From Armatimonadota bacterium (lineage in GTDB: Bacteria; Vulcanimicrobiota; JACPDS01; JBDRKI01), in assembly GCA_043814095.1 (NCBI GenBank), contig JBDRKI010000102.1, positions 15,716 to 79,715 of the forward strand: a stretch of DNA of 64,000 nt, read 5' to 3'. The translations under genes and the position numbers were made by a program. Below, piece after piece: positions 48,769 to 58,944 of this stretch; position 1 is the stretch's first letter, and every line of letters begins with the position of its first letter. Under the pieces are notes generated by a model that worked only from the letters and a program-made list of their open reading frames with translations, was not told the DNA's origin and searched no databases.

Positions 48769-50079
48769 TTACACTGTTTTTCCGTAGAAATCATATAATT
48801 TGGTTTTCACAACTTCAGCTTTTACTATATCTCCGGCTTTTATATTCTTAGCAGATTTTACATGAAAATTTCTGTCTATTTCAGGCGCGTCAAGCCGGGT
48901 TCTTCCAAGGTATTTGTAGGAGTTGCGGCTACCAGAGGCGACTTCATCAATCATTATATCATATACTTTTTTAATTTCAAGTCTGTTTTTCTTTTTTAAT
49001 ATTTCCTGCTGGAGATACATAATTTCTTCCATCCTGTGCTGTTTTACCGTTTCGGGCACCTGTTTTTTAAGGTTATACGATGAAGTCCCCTCTTCGTTTG
49101 AATATATAAAAACACCCAGATGATCAAATTTTATCTTTTTCATGAATTTTATAAGGGATTCAAAATCTTTATTTGTTTCACCCGGGAACCCCGTTATAAA
49201 TGTGGTTCGTATAGCACTAGCGGGGATCTTATTTCTTATCTTGTCTATCAGTTTTTCATAACCGTACGCATCAAGAGGTCTTTTCATAAGACGGAGTATC
49301 TTCTTTTCGGAATGCTGGAGCGGGATATCAAAATAATTGCAGATTTTATCCTCATTTTTTATGAAATCTATAAGTTCGTCATTTATATATGTGGGATACA
49401 TATATAATATTCTTATCCATTCCAACCCTTTAATTTTACATATTTTTTTCAAAAGAGGTATTAAAGACGGTTTATTATATATATCCATCCCGTAGGATAA
49501 AGAATTCTGAGCTATAATGTTTAACTCTTTAACTCCCCGTGAGACTTTTTTACGGGCGGCTTTAACCAGGGTTTCTATCTTTTCACTTTTAAGCTTTCCT
49601 CTTAGCTTTGGGATAATACAATATGAACAGGAATGATTGCACCCGTCAGCGACCCTTAAATATGACCAGTGGCCGGGAGTTAATGAAGCCACGCGGGTTA
49701 CCGCGCGTTTTAAGGAGAATATTTTGTCAAAATTATTATAATCCGTGATTTTTATCCACTTATTAACTTCAGGGAGTTTGTCTTTAATAATATCGGCGTA
49801 TCTCTGGGCTATACACCCGAGAACAACCAGCTCTTTATCCGTATTTTTTGTGTAATCGGAGAGTTCTAAAATTTTATTAATTGATTCTGTCTTCGCGTCT
49901 TCAATAAAACAGCAGGTATTTACAAATAAAAAATCCGCATCCTCCGGTTTTTCAGTTTTTTTAAAGTCTGCGGATATAAGTTTTGATATGATATTTTCGG
50001 AATCCACCAGGTTTTTAGCGCAACCCAGGCTTTCAATATAGAATCTGTTCTTTTTTGATTTAGTTCTCATTTTCTTCAA
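48769..50079 (-). CDS. rimO: Radical-SAM methylthiotransferase of the RimO/MiaB family (likely RimO)
   Basis: N-terminal LGCAKNLVDSE, a radical-SAM CxxxCxxC (CNHSCSYC) and a C-terminal TRAM domain. 436 aa. Confidence 0.7.
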   Translation of the reverse strand: MKKMRTKSKKNRFYIESLGCAKNLVDSENIISKLISADFKKTEKPEDADFLFVNTCCFIEDAKTESINKILELSDYTKNTDKELVVLGCIAQRYADIIKDKLPEVNKWIKITDYNNFDKIFSLKRAVTRVASLTPGHWSYLRVADGCNHSCSYCIIPKLRGKLKSEKIETLVKAARKKVSRGVKELNIIAQNSLSYGMDIYNKPSLIPLLKKICKIKGLEWIRILYMYPTYINDELIDFIKNEDKICNYFDIPLQHSEKKILRLMKRPLDAYGYEKLIDKIRNKIPASAIRTTFITGFPGETNKDFESLIKFMKKIKFDHLGVFIYSNEEGTSSYNLKKQVPETVKQHRMEEIMYLQQEILKKKNRLEIKKVYDIMIDEVASGSRNSYKYLGRTRLDAPEIDRNFHVKSAKNIKAGDIVKAEVVKTKLYDFYGKTV

Positions 50080-50737
50080 TTGCTGCCTGCAGCTCGGCTT
50101 CGTCTACATGGCGGATTATTTCCTGCTCGTTATCATGTTCTATTTCTTCAAGTTTTTCAAGCTGTTCTTTTATGTCAACTTTAGGCAGTTCGTTTAAATC
50201 TTTAAGATGGAAATAATGCAAAAATTCGCTTGTTGTTGCATATAATGTTGGTTTGCCTATTACAGGAGCTTTGCCTGCTTCTTTTATAAGTTTTTTATCC
50301 ACGAGTTTATTTATTATTTTATCTACATTAACCCCTCTTATATCTTCTATCTGGGCGCGTGTGACCGGCTGGTTAAAAGCTATAATTGCCAGGGTCTCAA
50401 GGGCCGCCCTTGATAAAAACTGTTTACCGCAGGCTTTCAGGAGTTTTTCAACAGAATCGGAGCATTTTGCCGAAGTTGTCATTTTATATTCACCGGCGGC
50501 GGTAACTATATTTATGCCTCTCGGTTCGTATTCAAGGATTAATTCTTCTAAAACATCTTCGGCTTCCTGTATCTTTAATTCAGCTGTATCAGCTATTTCT
50601 TTTAAAGAAAGAGGTTTTGCGGATATAAAAAGGAGAGATTCTATTATATATTTAGGATCATCGGTTTGTTCACTTTTATATGTAATTTCTGGATTTTCTT
50701 CAATTTTTTCTTCTGCGACACAGATATTTTCCTGCAT
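50060..50737 (-). CDS. scpB: Segregation and condensation protein B (ScpB)
   Basis: Winged-helix ScpB blocks (IIESLLFIS..PLSLKEIA.., second wHTH). Overlaps the rimO start. Confidence 0.8.
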   Translation of the reverse strand: MQENICVAEEKIEENPEITYKSEQTDDPKYIIESLLFISAKPLSLKEIADTAELKIQEAEDVLEELILEYEPRGINIVTAAGEYKMTTSAKCSDSVEKLLKACGKQFLSRAALETLAIIAFNQPVTRAQIEDIRGVNVDKIINKLVDKKLIKEAGKAPVIGKPTLYATTSEFLHYFHLKDLNELPKVDIKEQLEKLEEIEHDNEQEIIRHVDEAELQAAIEENEN

Positions 50738-50906
50738 AGGCGCCTCCGTATTAAATTAAGTTCTTCTCAGGCTTTCTTTTTATTATAATACTCTTGAGGC
50801 TATTTTTTGTCAATAAATTTATATTTTTTCTTTGAAATAAAAAAGGATTTGTATTAAATAAGGGGAATATATTTATGTTAAATAAATGTTAAAGGGGGCT
50901 AAACTT

Positions 50907-51575
50907 ATGGCCATGTGTCCTAAATGCGGAACTGATAATGATAATACCAGGCTGACATGCTTCAGATGCGGTATGGTGCTTCCGAAACTGTCTCTGGAAG
51001 AATTAGAGTCAAAATCGGAAGTAAATGTCGTTATAGATGAAAACCTTGAGACAAAAGACGTTGTAAAAGCTTCGGACTGTATATTCCTTTCCTCATTAAA
51101 GGAAATAAAGGATCTTGTTGATTCCGGGCAGTGGGAAGTTGAGGATATCCAGAATAAGCTGGACGCGGTTAAAAAAGAAAGCAACTATATCCTTGACCTT
51201 ATTAACAGCTTCTCGGATGAAGAAAAAAGCTGGATGACAACCGGTCTTTCAAAGATTGACACCTCATACGATAAATTCCAGGAATCTTTCGGCAAGTTTG
51301 ACCAGTTCTTAAATACCCAGGATGCCTCACTGCTTGAAGACGGCATGAAAGTGGCTACAGAAGCAAGCCATATGCTTTTAGAAGGCATAAATGAAGCCCA
51401 GGACGAGCTGGGTGTTGAAGAAGAAAAAATATCCGAAGAACTTGGCAATGTGGAAGGGCTGGATTTAGACGAAGATTTTGACCTTGATGAAGACGAAGAC
51501 TTTGATTTAGATGATATGGATTTTGATTCCGATGAATCTATGGAAGAGGAAGAAGCAGAAGAAGAATATAAATAA
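50907..51575 (+). CDS. Hypothetical zinc-ribbon protein with a highly acidic C-terminal tail
   Basis: N-terminal CPKCG..CFRCG zinc ribbon and a D/E-rich C-terminus (LDLDEDFDLDEDEDFDLDDMDFDSDE..). Opposite strand to the flanking scpA and scpB. Confidence 0.5.
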   Translation: MAMCPKCGTDNDNTRLTCFRCGMVLPKLSLEELESKSEVNVVIDENLETKDVVKASDCIFLSSLKEIKDLVDSGQWEVEDIQNKLDAVKKESNYILDLINSFSDEEKSWMTTGLSKIDTSYDKFQESFGKFDQFLNTQDASLLEDGMKVATEASHMLLEGINEAQDELGVEEEKISEELGNVEGLDLDEDFDLDEDEDFDLDDMDFDSDESMEEEEAEEEYK

Positions 51576-51595
51576 GTATGAAACTGCATAAGTTT

Positions 51596-51628
51596 AAAAG
51601 AAGGGCAAAATTACTTTACCCTTCTTTT
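51596..51628. terminator. Bidirectional terminator hairpin AAAAGAAGGG..CCCTTCTTTT between the zinc-ribbon gene and scpA
   Basis: 10-bp stem with A/T runs on both sides. Confidence 0.5.
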
Positions 51629-51633
51629 AAACT

Positions 51634-52383
51634 TTAATTTTTCAATATTATTATTTCACTTTCTAACGAACCCTGCACCAGACTTATTTTCTGCAAGCGT
51701 GAAAGCTCAAGTACTGCAAGAAAAGTAACTATAAGCATTTCTTTATCCGGCGCGTCTTCAAACAGCCTGCTGAAACTGAGCTGCTCTAAACGTGAGATCC
51801 TTTCGTATATCTGCTCCATTCTCTGCGGAACATTTATCCTTATTTTTTCAATCTGGATATCTTTATCCTTTTCCAATCTGTCATAGTAATTATTAAGAAC
51901 CCTGTTAAAAGCCGTTATTAAATCATATATTGAAGCTTCCGCGTAATGCTGGTGCTCCGGGTCTGTATCGTAAAAATCACGGTTTCTGCTGTAGGAAGAT
52001 GCCGCCCATTTTTCTTTTTCCGAAAGATATAACGCGGCTTCTTTGTATTTTTTGTATTTTTTAAGCTTGTTTATAAGTTCCGTGGCGGCTTCGTCTTCAT
52101 CCGCGTATTCATACTGGTTTTCCTTATTTTTCTCTATGGGAAGAAGCGCCCGGGATTTTATCTCCAAAAGGGTGGCGAATATTACAAGGTATGAACTCTC
52201 AACCTCAAGGTTAAGCACCTGCATAAGGTTCAGGTACTGCAGGTACTCATCGGCGATCTCGGCAAGGGATATCGCGCATATATCAAGCTGTGATTTATCA
52301 ACAAGATAAAGAAGAAGGTCCAGAGGCCCTTCAAAAAGATCTATTTTAACTTTGTATGATGTTTTAGGTATGTTTATAGTCAT
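51634..52383 (-). CDS. scpA: Segregation and condensation protein A (ScpA, kleisin)
   Basis: N-terminal FEGPLDLLLYLV..DI..ISLAEIADEYL is diagnostic of ScpA. Confidence 0.8.
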   Translation of the reverse strand: MTINIPKTSYKVKIDLFEGPLDLLLYLVDKSQLDICAISLAEIADEYLQYLNLMQVLNLEVESSYLVIFATLLEIKSRALLPIEKNKENQYEYADEDEAATELINKLKKYKKYKEAALYLSEKEKWAASSYSRNRDFYDTDPEHQHYAEASIYDLITAFNRVLNNYYDRLEKDKDIQIEKIRINVPQRMEQIYERISRLEQLSFSRLFEDAPDKEMLIVTFLAVLELSRLQKISLVQGSLESEIIILKN

Positions 52384-52395
52384 ATGTTTTTCCTT

Positions 52396-53043
52396 TTATC
52401 CCACGCCTGTAAATAGTTTGTATAAAAATACAAACGGTGGTACTAATATTACGTTTATTAATCCGGTTACTATTAAGATTATAAGGATAAAAAATATTAT
52501 CATGGGAGATGTTCTTTCAAGTTCGTTGTATTTCCATGCAAGATCTTTAGGCATAAGCCCCATTAAAATTCTTGATCCGTCCAACGGAGGAACAGGAATT
52601 AAATTAAACAATCCAAGCCCTATGTTTACAACAATAAATGTTTTTAAGAAAAGCAGCAAAATGAGAGTAAAAGTATTATAAGAGGAAGGAATCAGCAGCC
52701 TGAAAAGTAAACCTCCCGAGGCTGCCATGGCGAAATTCGCAAGAGGTCCCGCAAGCCCTACAAGCATGCTGTCCTTGAAATAGTTTTTGAAGTTATAAGG
52801 GTTAATGGGTACGGGTTTCGCCCAGCCGAAACAGAATTTCCCGCCTGATGCCAGAAAGGTTGTTACAAGCACAAGAGCGCCCCACAGGTCTAAATGATTC
52901 ATCGGGTTTAAAGTTAACCTGCCTGAATATTTTGCTGTAGGATCGCCTAAGTTATAAGCTACGCGCGCGTGCGCATATTCATGAACTATCAATGATATTA
53001 ATATAGCCGGCACAAATAATAATATAGTAATAAACATTTCCAT
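52396..53043 (-). CDS. M50-family (site-2 protease-like) membrane metalloprotease
   Basis: HEYAHA zinc-binding motif in a TM helix, a second ligand motif (LNPMNHLD-like) and a multi-TM topology. Confidence 0.7.
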   Translation of the reverse strand: MEMFITILLFVPAILISLIVHEYAHARVAYNLGDPTAKYSGRLTLNPMNHLDLWGALVLVTTFLASGGKFCFGWAKPVPINPYNFKNYFKDSMLVGLAGPLANFAMAASGGLLFRLLIPSSYNTFTLILLLFLKTFIVVNIGLGLFNLIPVPPLDGSRILMGLMPKDLAWKYNELERTSPMIIFFILIILIVTGLINVILVPPFVFLYKLFTGVG

Positions 53044-53063
53044 AATAAAGACCCCGGTAATAA

Positions 53064-55649
53064 TTATTTTTTAAATTTTTCTTTTAAATACTTCCTTGCT
53101 TCTTTTTTATCCTTTATTATACCATCTATCTGGGCATCTTCAAGTGCTGTTAAGGCTTTTCTGAAAAAAGGTCCGGGGGTATAGTTCCATTTTATCAGGT
53201 CATTTCCTGTTACAAAGAATTTTATATTCTTAAGATGTGACAGGAAATAAACAATCCTGTGCCTTACCGATATAAAGTTTGTCCTTGCTATTATGTATAT
53301 AAGAGCTTCTATCGCAAGCGGGGAGAGCAGCCGGTATATCTGGCTTTTGGTTATTGTTTTTGAAGAAAGCTTCCTTATTAATAAAGATGCCGTATCTTTA
53401 TCAAGCTTTCTTTTTCGGACTTCCTCTATAGAAAATTTAAATCTTTTCGCGACTTCATCTATCTTTTCCGAGGAAAGCTGGCTTACAAGAATCATAAAAT
53501 AAATGATCCATTTTTTAGCGTTTTCTTTTTTTAATATTTTCTTATATTTGATCATAAGGGCTGTAGCTTCCTGGAGTGTGGCTACTAATTTCTGGTTTAA
53601 AAATATATCTTTATGTATAACTTTTAAAATATTAAGTTTTGCCATCCGCTTTAATGCCGGCACGGGTTTTTCTTCGCTTAATATAAGGGTTATCTCATCC
53701 CTTATCCTCTCCCCTGTCAGCTGGTCAAAAATATTGCTCTTAAGAGCGTTTAAGAGCAGCTCTTCCGTATGGTGATCCATTTTAAAATGGTACCTCTGTT
53801 CAAACCGTACTGCCCTGAATATCCTGGTAGGATCTTCTATAAAGCTTAAATTATGCAGGACCCTTACGATACCGTCTTTTAAATCATTCTGTCCGCCGAA
53901 GAAGTCCAAAAGGCTCCCGAACCCTTTTTTATTGAGCTGGACCGCCAGGGCGTTTATCGTAAAATCTCTTCTGTATAAATCCTGTTTTATGGATGTGGCC
54001 CATACATGAGGCAGGGCGGCGGGACGGGTATAGTATTCAACCCTGGTAGATGCCACATCCACTTTGCAGTGTTTTGTGAATACTATTGCGGTTTTAAATT
54101 TTTCATGTGTTATGACTTTGGCTTTTAAAGCCTTGCCCAGCTCCCCTGCGAATAATACGCCGTCACCTTCCACAACTATATCTATATCAAGGTTCTCAAT
54201 GCCCAGCAAAAGGTCTCTTACAAATCCTCCGGCAAGAAATATGTTAATACCCAGCATATCGGCTATTTTAGAACAGGTTTTAAATAATTTCTGCATATTT
54301 AAAGGCAGCTGTTCTATATTTGTTTTTGTGTCATGCCAGTGCCTGCCGGCTTTAATATGCATGCCGTGCAGTGTTGTAAGAATATCAGTACGGGTTACAA
54401 TGCCTTTAATAATACCGTCTTCTATTATAGGCAGCCGCCCTATATTATGGTCTGTCATTATTCTCTGAAGTGTATTTAAGGATGTATACGGATTGGCGGT
54501 AACAACGTCTTTTAACATGAATTCTTCTATACTGGCGTTAGCCAGTCCGTGGTGTATGGCTTTATCTATGTCATGTCGGGTTATAATCCCCGCGACCCTT
54601 CTGTCTTTTAAAATAACCAGCCCGCTGTGCCCGAACCTTACAATAGCTTTCTGGGCATCGGCTATTGTCTTATCTTCTTCAAGATTTATGTATCTTACAG
54701 GGGAACTCATGATATCTTTAGCCATAATAGTCGGCTTTAATTCTTTTTCAAGTGTATCATAAAGCCTTTTTTCGGCTGTTTTCATCTGTTTATGCTTAAT
54801 TACAACGGAAGCCGCGTTAGGATGGCCTCCCCCGCCTAACGGCGCGAGGATCCTGCTTAAATCAATCTCGGGCTGTTTGCTTCTTCCTATTATTAATATT
54901 TTGTCTTTCATCTTTATAAGCGTAAATACGATATCCACGCCTTCTATGTCAACAAGCCTGTGAACCACCAGGGATATCTCATCTATAAATTCTTTTGCAT
55001 GAGCCCTGGCTATAAGTATTTTAAAGCCCCTTACATGTTTAACATGGGAATTTACTATAAGGCTGTTCAATAATTTTATCTGAGGATCGCTTAAGCTGTG
55101 ATGGATATATTCCGATATTACCTTTAGATTCGCTTTTTTGCTTAAAAGGTACGCGACTGTCTCAACGTCTTCTTTAGTTGTATGCGAGAAAGTTAGCGAG
55201 CCCGTTTCTTCATATATGCCCAGAGCGAATAAGGTCGCCTCTAAAGGAGTTATGGGTATTTTCTTCTCCCTTATTTTCCTTGCCAGCATTGTTACCGTAG
55301 CGCCTAATACTTCAATATAATTCTCATCACCCTGAATTGATTCGGGTGCGGGCGGATGGTGATCGTAAATATGTACTTCCACAAGCGGGCTTATGAAAAA
55401 TTCTTTAAAAGCCCCTACCCTATCGGGCAGGCTGGTATCAACGACGATTAATTTTGATATTTCAAGATTCTTAACTTTTCTGGGATACTCTATATTAAAA
55501 TAATCTTTATATAAATGAACAAACTCCCTTACATTCTGGCTTGGGGTGGACGTAAAAAAAAGCCGGGCCTGCGGGTAGAGTTTAGATGCCGCAACCATAG
55601 AGGCAAGAGAATCAAAATCAGCCGTAACGTGAGATATAATTACTTCCAT
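53064..55649 (-). CDS. Multidomain DHH/DHHA1 - CBS pair - polyA polymerase/CCA-adding nucleotidyltransferase fusion protein
   Basis: N-terminal DHH (HVTADFDSLAS), a middle CBS pair and a C-terminal Pol-beta NTase head (GGFVRDLLLG..DIDIVV) with a tRNA-NT-like body. Confidence 0.75.
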   Translation of the reverse strand: MEVIISHVTADFDSLASMVAASKLYPQARLFFTSTPSQNVREFVHLYKDYFNIEYPRKVKNLEISKLIVVDTSLPDRVGAFKEFFISPLVEVHIYDHHPPAPESIQGDENYIEVLGATVTMLARKIREKKIPITPLEATLFALGIYEETGSLTFSHTTKEDVETVAYLLSKKANLKVISEYIHHSLSDPQIKLLNSLIVNSHVKHVRGFKILIARAHAKEFIDEISLVVHRLVDIEGVDIVFTLIKMKDKILIIGRSKQPEIDLSRILAPLGGGGHPNAASVVIKHKQMKTAEKRLYDTLEKELKPTIMAKDIMSSPVRYINLEEDKTIADAQKAIVRFGHSGLVILKDRRVAGIITRHDIDKAIHHGLANASIEEFMLKDVVTANPYTSLNTLQRIMTDHNIGRLPIIEDGIIKGIVTRTDILTTLHGMHIKAGRHWHDTKTNIEQLPLNMQKLFKTCSKIADMLGINIFLAGGFVRDLLLGIENLDIDIVVEGDGVLFAGELGKALKAKVITHEKFKTAIVFTKHCKVDVASTRVEYYTRPAALPHVWATSIKQDLYRRDFTINALAVQLNKKGFGSLLDFFGGQNDLKDGIVRVLHNLSFIEDPTRIFRAVRFEQRYHFKMDHHTEELLLNALKSNIFDQLTGERIRDEITLILSEEKPVPALKRMAKLNILKVIHKDIFLNQKLVATLQEATALMIKYKKILKKENAKKWIIYFMILVSQLSSEKIDEVAKRFKFSIEEVRKRKLDKDTASLLIRKLSSKTITKSQIYRLLSPLAIEALIYIIARTNFISVRHRIVYFLSHLKNIKFFVTGNDLIKWNYTPGPFFRKALTALEDAQIDGIIKDKKEARKYLKEKFKK

Positions 55650-55952
55650 AACAAACTAATTTCCGTTTTATTTAATTTTATCCTCTATGAGAAAACTCAA
55701 CTTATTTAATCTGTCAGCTTTGTTTAATGTTTTTTTAACCAAGCCCAGCCACTTTCTTATCTTGATCTGACATTTATAATCCTTTTCAGATAGTTGATTT
55801 GTTCGTTCTGTTGGATGACTAATTGTCAGGCAAACAGTTGAAAATATTTCAGTTTTAAATTAAAGTTATAAAAAAGGGTTTAACCTGCCGGTTTAGAATA
55901 TATGCTTGATAAAAAAATAACAATCAATTTAACTGAATACAGGAGGCATACT

Positions 55953-57242
55953 ATGGTAAGTAAACAGGAAGCGCTGGATTATCATTCACAGGGAAGGCCG
56001 GGCAAAACAGAGGTTGTACCCTCAAAACCGTGTTCAACCCAGAAGGAACTGTCTTTAGCTTATACCCCCGGTGTTGCCGAACCATGCAGGGAGATCCATA
56101 AAAACCCAGATGATGTATTTAAGTACACGATAAAAGAAAATCTTGTGGCTGTTGTAACGGACGGTACTGCCGTGCTGGGATTAGGCAATATAGGGGCGCT
56201 GGCCGGAAAGCCCGTTATGGAAGGCAAAGGTGTGCTCTTTAAAAAGTTTGCCGATGTTGATGTTTTTGACATAGAACTTGCGACAAACGACCCCGATGAA
56301 ATAGTTAAAACAGTTAAGTATATGGAACCTACATTCGGCGGTATAAATTTGGAAGATATCAAAGCCCCAGAATGCTTCTATATTGAAGAAAAACTTATAG
56401 AAGACCTTGATATTCCCGTTTTCCATGATGATCAGCACGGAACGGCTATTATAAGCGGGGCGGCTTTCATTAATGCTCTTGAGCTGATCGGTAAAAAGAT
56501 AGAAAAAGTTAAAGTTGTATTTAACGGAGCCGGCGCCGCGGGAATAGCCTGCGCTAAATTTTATTTAAGCTTGGGGCTTAAACCGGAAAACTTGATTTTA
56601 TGCGACAGTAAAGGCGTTATATATAAAGGCAGAAAAGAAGGTATGAACCCTTATAAAGAAAGGTTCGCGTCTGATACTCCCAAAAGAACTTTAGCCGAAG
56701 CGATGGAAGGCACTGATGCTTTTGTGGGTGTTTCGGTAAAAGATACGGTAACTCCGGATATGTTAAAATCAATGAACGAAAATCCCATAATATTCGCCAT
56801 GGCAAACCCCGATCCCGAAATAACATATGATGCGGCAATATCTGCAAGACCTGATGTTATTATGGCTACGGGAAGAAGCGATTATCCGAACCAGGTTAAT
56901 AATGTACTGGGCTTCCCCTTTATATTCAGAGGGGCCCTTGATGTAAGGGCAGCTGCCATAAACGAAGAGATGAAGCTTGCGGCCGCTTACGCCCTTGCGA
57001 ATCTCGCAAAAGAACCTGTCGCTGAAGATATAGCCAAATTATATAATAAAACGGTAATTGAGTTCGGCAGGGAATATATTATCCCTAAACCGATGGATCC
57101 CAGGGTTCTCTTATGGGTTGCCCCGGCAGTAGCAAAAGCCGCCATAGACTCGGGTGTTGCCAGAAAACCCATCAAGAATTTTGAAGATTATAAAAAAGAG
57201 CTAGAATTAAGATTAAATCACTTAAGCAAAGTCTGCGTGTAG
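55953..57242 (+). CDS. NAD(P)-dependent malic enzyme (malate dehydrogenase, decarboxylating)
   Basis: Malic enzyme signature blocks ([36 protein letters not shown]). AGGAGG RBS before the ATG at 55953. Confidence 0.85.
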   Translation: MVSKQEALDYHSQGRPGKTEVVPSKPCSTQKELSLAYTPGVAEPCREIHKNPDDVFKYTIKENLVAVVTDGTAVLGLGNIGALAGKPVMEGKGVLFKKFADVDVFDIELATNDPDEIVKTVKYMEPTFGGINLEDIKAPECFYIEEKLIEDLDIPVFHDDQHGTAIISGAAFINALELIGKKIEKVKVVFNGAGAAGIACAKFYLSLGLKPENLILCDSKGVIYKGRKEGMNPYKERFASDTPKRTLAEAMEGTDAFVGVSVKDTVTPDMLKSMNENPIIFAMANPDPEITYDAAISARPDVIMATGRSDYPNQVNNVLGFPFIFRGALDVRAAAINEEMKLAAAYALANLAKEPVAEDIAKLYNKTVIEFGREYIIPKPMDPRVLLWVAPAVAKAAIDSGVARKPIKNFEDYKKELELRLNHLSKVCV

Positions 57243-57287
57243 CTGGCAAAAGCTGATATCCTGTAGACAGATATTATAAAATGTTGT

Positions 57288-57321
57288 AAAATCTGTAAAT
57301 CATAAACTGATTTACAGATTT
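57288..57321. promoter_or_regulatory. Perfect 14-bp inverted repeat AAATCTGTAAATCA-TAAAC-TGATTTACAGATTT between the malic enzyme and GT39 genes
   Basis: Perfect palindrome 25 bp upstream of the GT39 start, with no strong T-tail. Operator or attenuator-like. Confidence 0.45.
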
Positions 57322-57345
57322 TACTTTAATAAGGTTTATTGCAGG

Positions 57346-58944
57346 ATGAAAAATAAACATAAAATTTATCTGTTAATATTAATATTTTTATCAGTACTGC
57401 TGCTTTTCTTCCGTCTAGGAGATTACAGTTTATGGGATACCGACGAACCCCTGTACTCCCAGATGGCAAGGGAATTCAATTACCATAATGACCTTCTTAC
57501 CCTTTACTGGAACGGCGAGCCCTGGTTCTGTCATCCCCCGTTATACATGTGGCTTACAATGGTAAGCGGGAATCTGTTCGGCTGGAATGAATTTGCCGTG
57601 AGGTTTCCTTCCGCTTTATTCGGCGTTCTTATAATTATTCTCACTTATTTTATGGGTAAAAGATTTTACAATGAAGATGTGGGATTCCTGTCGGGTTTGA
57701 TTTTAATGACATCTCTTCAGGTATTTGTTCAAGGCAGGTTATCCAATTTAGATACTCTCTTTACGTTTTTCCTTATGCTCTCAACTTATGCCTGTTATGC
57801 GGGGGTTACGGATAACTCCCGTAGGTATATACTGTTTTTCTGGCTTTCATGCGCTTTGGGAACTCTGGCTAAGGGGCCTTTCGCTCTATGCCTCCCCTTG
57901 GGCCTTATATTCCTATGGCTTTTCTCTACAAAGAAACTGAAGGAATTTAAAAAGGTATTTATATATGAAGGCATCATAGCTTATGTTATTTTAGGCGGCT
58001 TCTGGTATATAGCGGGGCTTATTAAATACAAAACAGAATTTTACAATTTAGTATTTAAATATTTTATATTCCAGAGGGTTACAACAGCGGTAATGGACCA
58101 GAGCGGCCCTGTTTATTTTTACATACTCATATTTATAGCGGGATTCTTACCCTGGGTTTTCCTTTTCGTGCCTGCCGTTATTGATTACTTTAAGAACAGG
58201 AAAAATGAAATTTCTGTTTTCTTGCTTATATGGGCGGTTATACCGTTTTTATTCTTCTCGCTTGTCCAGACAAAACTGCCCAATTACATATTATTCATAT
58301 ACCCCGCATGCGCTATTATGCTTGCTAACTATTTTTACAACTACATTTACATTAAAGACTTAAAAACTTCGCTTTTGATATCTTTAATAGTTTACACTTT
58401 ATTTTACACGGCGGTTATTACTTCTTTCGTGCTTCTTGCAAGCGGGAAATATCCCAATGAATATATGGCGGCGCGCGGGCACCTGCTTCCCCTTTTATAC
58501 ATAATAATAGGCACTGCTTTATTCAGCTGGTTTTTCTTTGCATTCAATAAGAGGAAATACGTGCTCCCCGCGATCATAGCGGGAACTTTTATACTTTACC
58601 TTTCGATTGTCAACATGGCCGTGTATATTGACCAGTTTAAACCCGTAAAGCCCATAGCATTGAAGATAAAAAGCTTAAAGTCGCCTTCCGAAAAAATGAT
58701 AGTATTCACAGAGAAGTTTAATAACAGCGCAAGCTTTGTATTTTACATGAACGAAAAGATTACATTCATGGAAAAGATTGATGAACTTAAGGAATTTTTA
58801 AATAATAATCCCGGAGCTTATATCCTTATAAAAAGAGGCATTAATAACGGTGGTGACAGATATTACCAGCTTAAAACGGAAATGCCGGGAATAAAAACAG
58901 TATTCGTTAATGACGGTTATGTGGTCTGCAGGGCTACAGATTAG
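57346..58944 (+). CDS. GT39/ArnT-family membrane glycosyltransferase (dolichyl-phosphate-mannose protein mannosyltransferase-like)
   Basis: Polytopic membrane protein with an N-terminal DxD-like motif (WDTDEP) and an ArnT/PMT-like loop. 532 aa. Confidence 0.7.
   Translation: MKNKHKIYLLILIFLSVLLLFFRLGDYSLWDTDEPLYSQMAREFNYHNDLLTLYWNGEPWFCHPPLYMWLTMVSGNLFGWNEFAVRFPSALFGVLIIILTYFMGKRFYNEDVGFLSGLILMTSLQVFVQGRLSNLDTLFTFFLMLSTYACYAGVTDNSRRYILFFWLSCALGTLAKGPFALCLPLGLIFLWLFSTKKLKEFKKVFIYEGIIAYVILGGFWYIAGLIKYKTEFYNLVFKYFIFQRVTTAVMDQSGPVYFYILIFIAGFLPWVFLFVPAVIDYFKNRKNEISVFLLIWAVIPFLFFSLVQTKLPNYILFIYPACAIMLANYFYNYIYIKDLKTSLLISLIVYTLFYTAVITSFVLLASGKYPNEYMAARGHLLPLLYIIIGTALFSWFFFAFNKRKYVLPAIIAGTFILYLSIVNMAVYIDQFKPVKPIALKIKSLKSPSEKMIVFTEKFNNSASFVFYMNEKITFMEKIDELKEFLNNNPGAYILIKRGINNGGDRYYQLKTEMPGIKTVFVNDGYVVCRATD

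Noticed and set aside
51185-51589. Minus-strand 134-aa serine-rich ORF antisense to the zinc-ribbon gene
   Set aside because: It is the reverse-complement shadow of the GAA/GAT-rich acidic tail and has no RBS. The same reasoning applies to other antisense shadow ORFs inside clpB (2804-3262, 3946-4341), minD (8050-8640), the Clp ATPase (30922-31479), malic enzyme (56060-56438) and ftsW (63647-63994).
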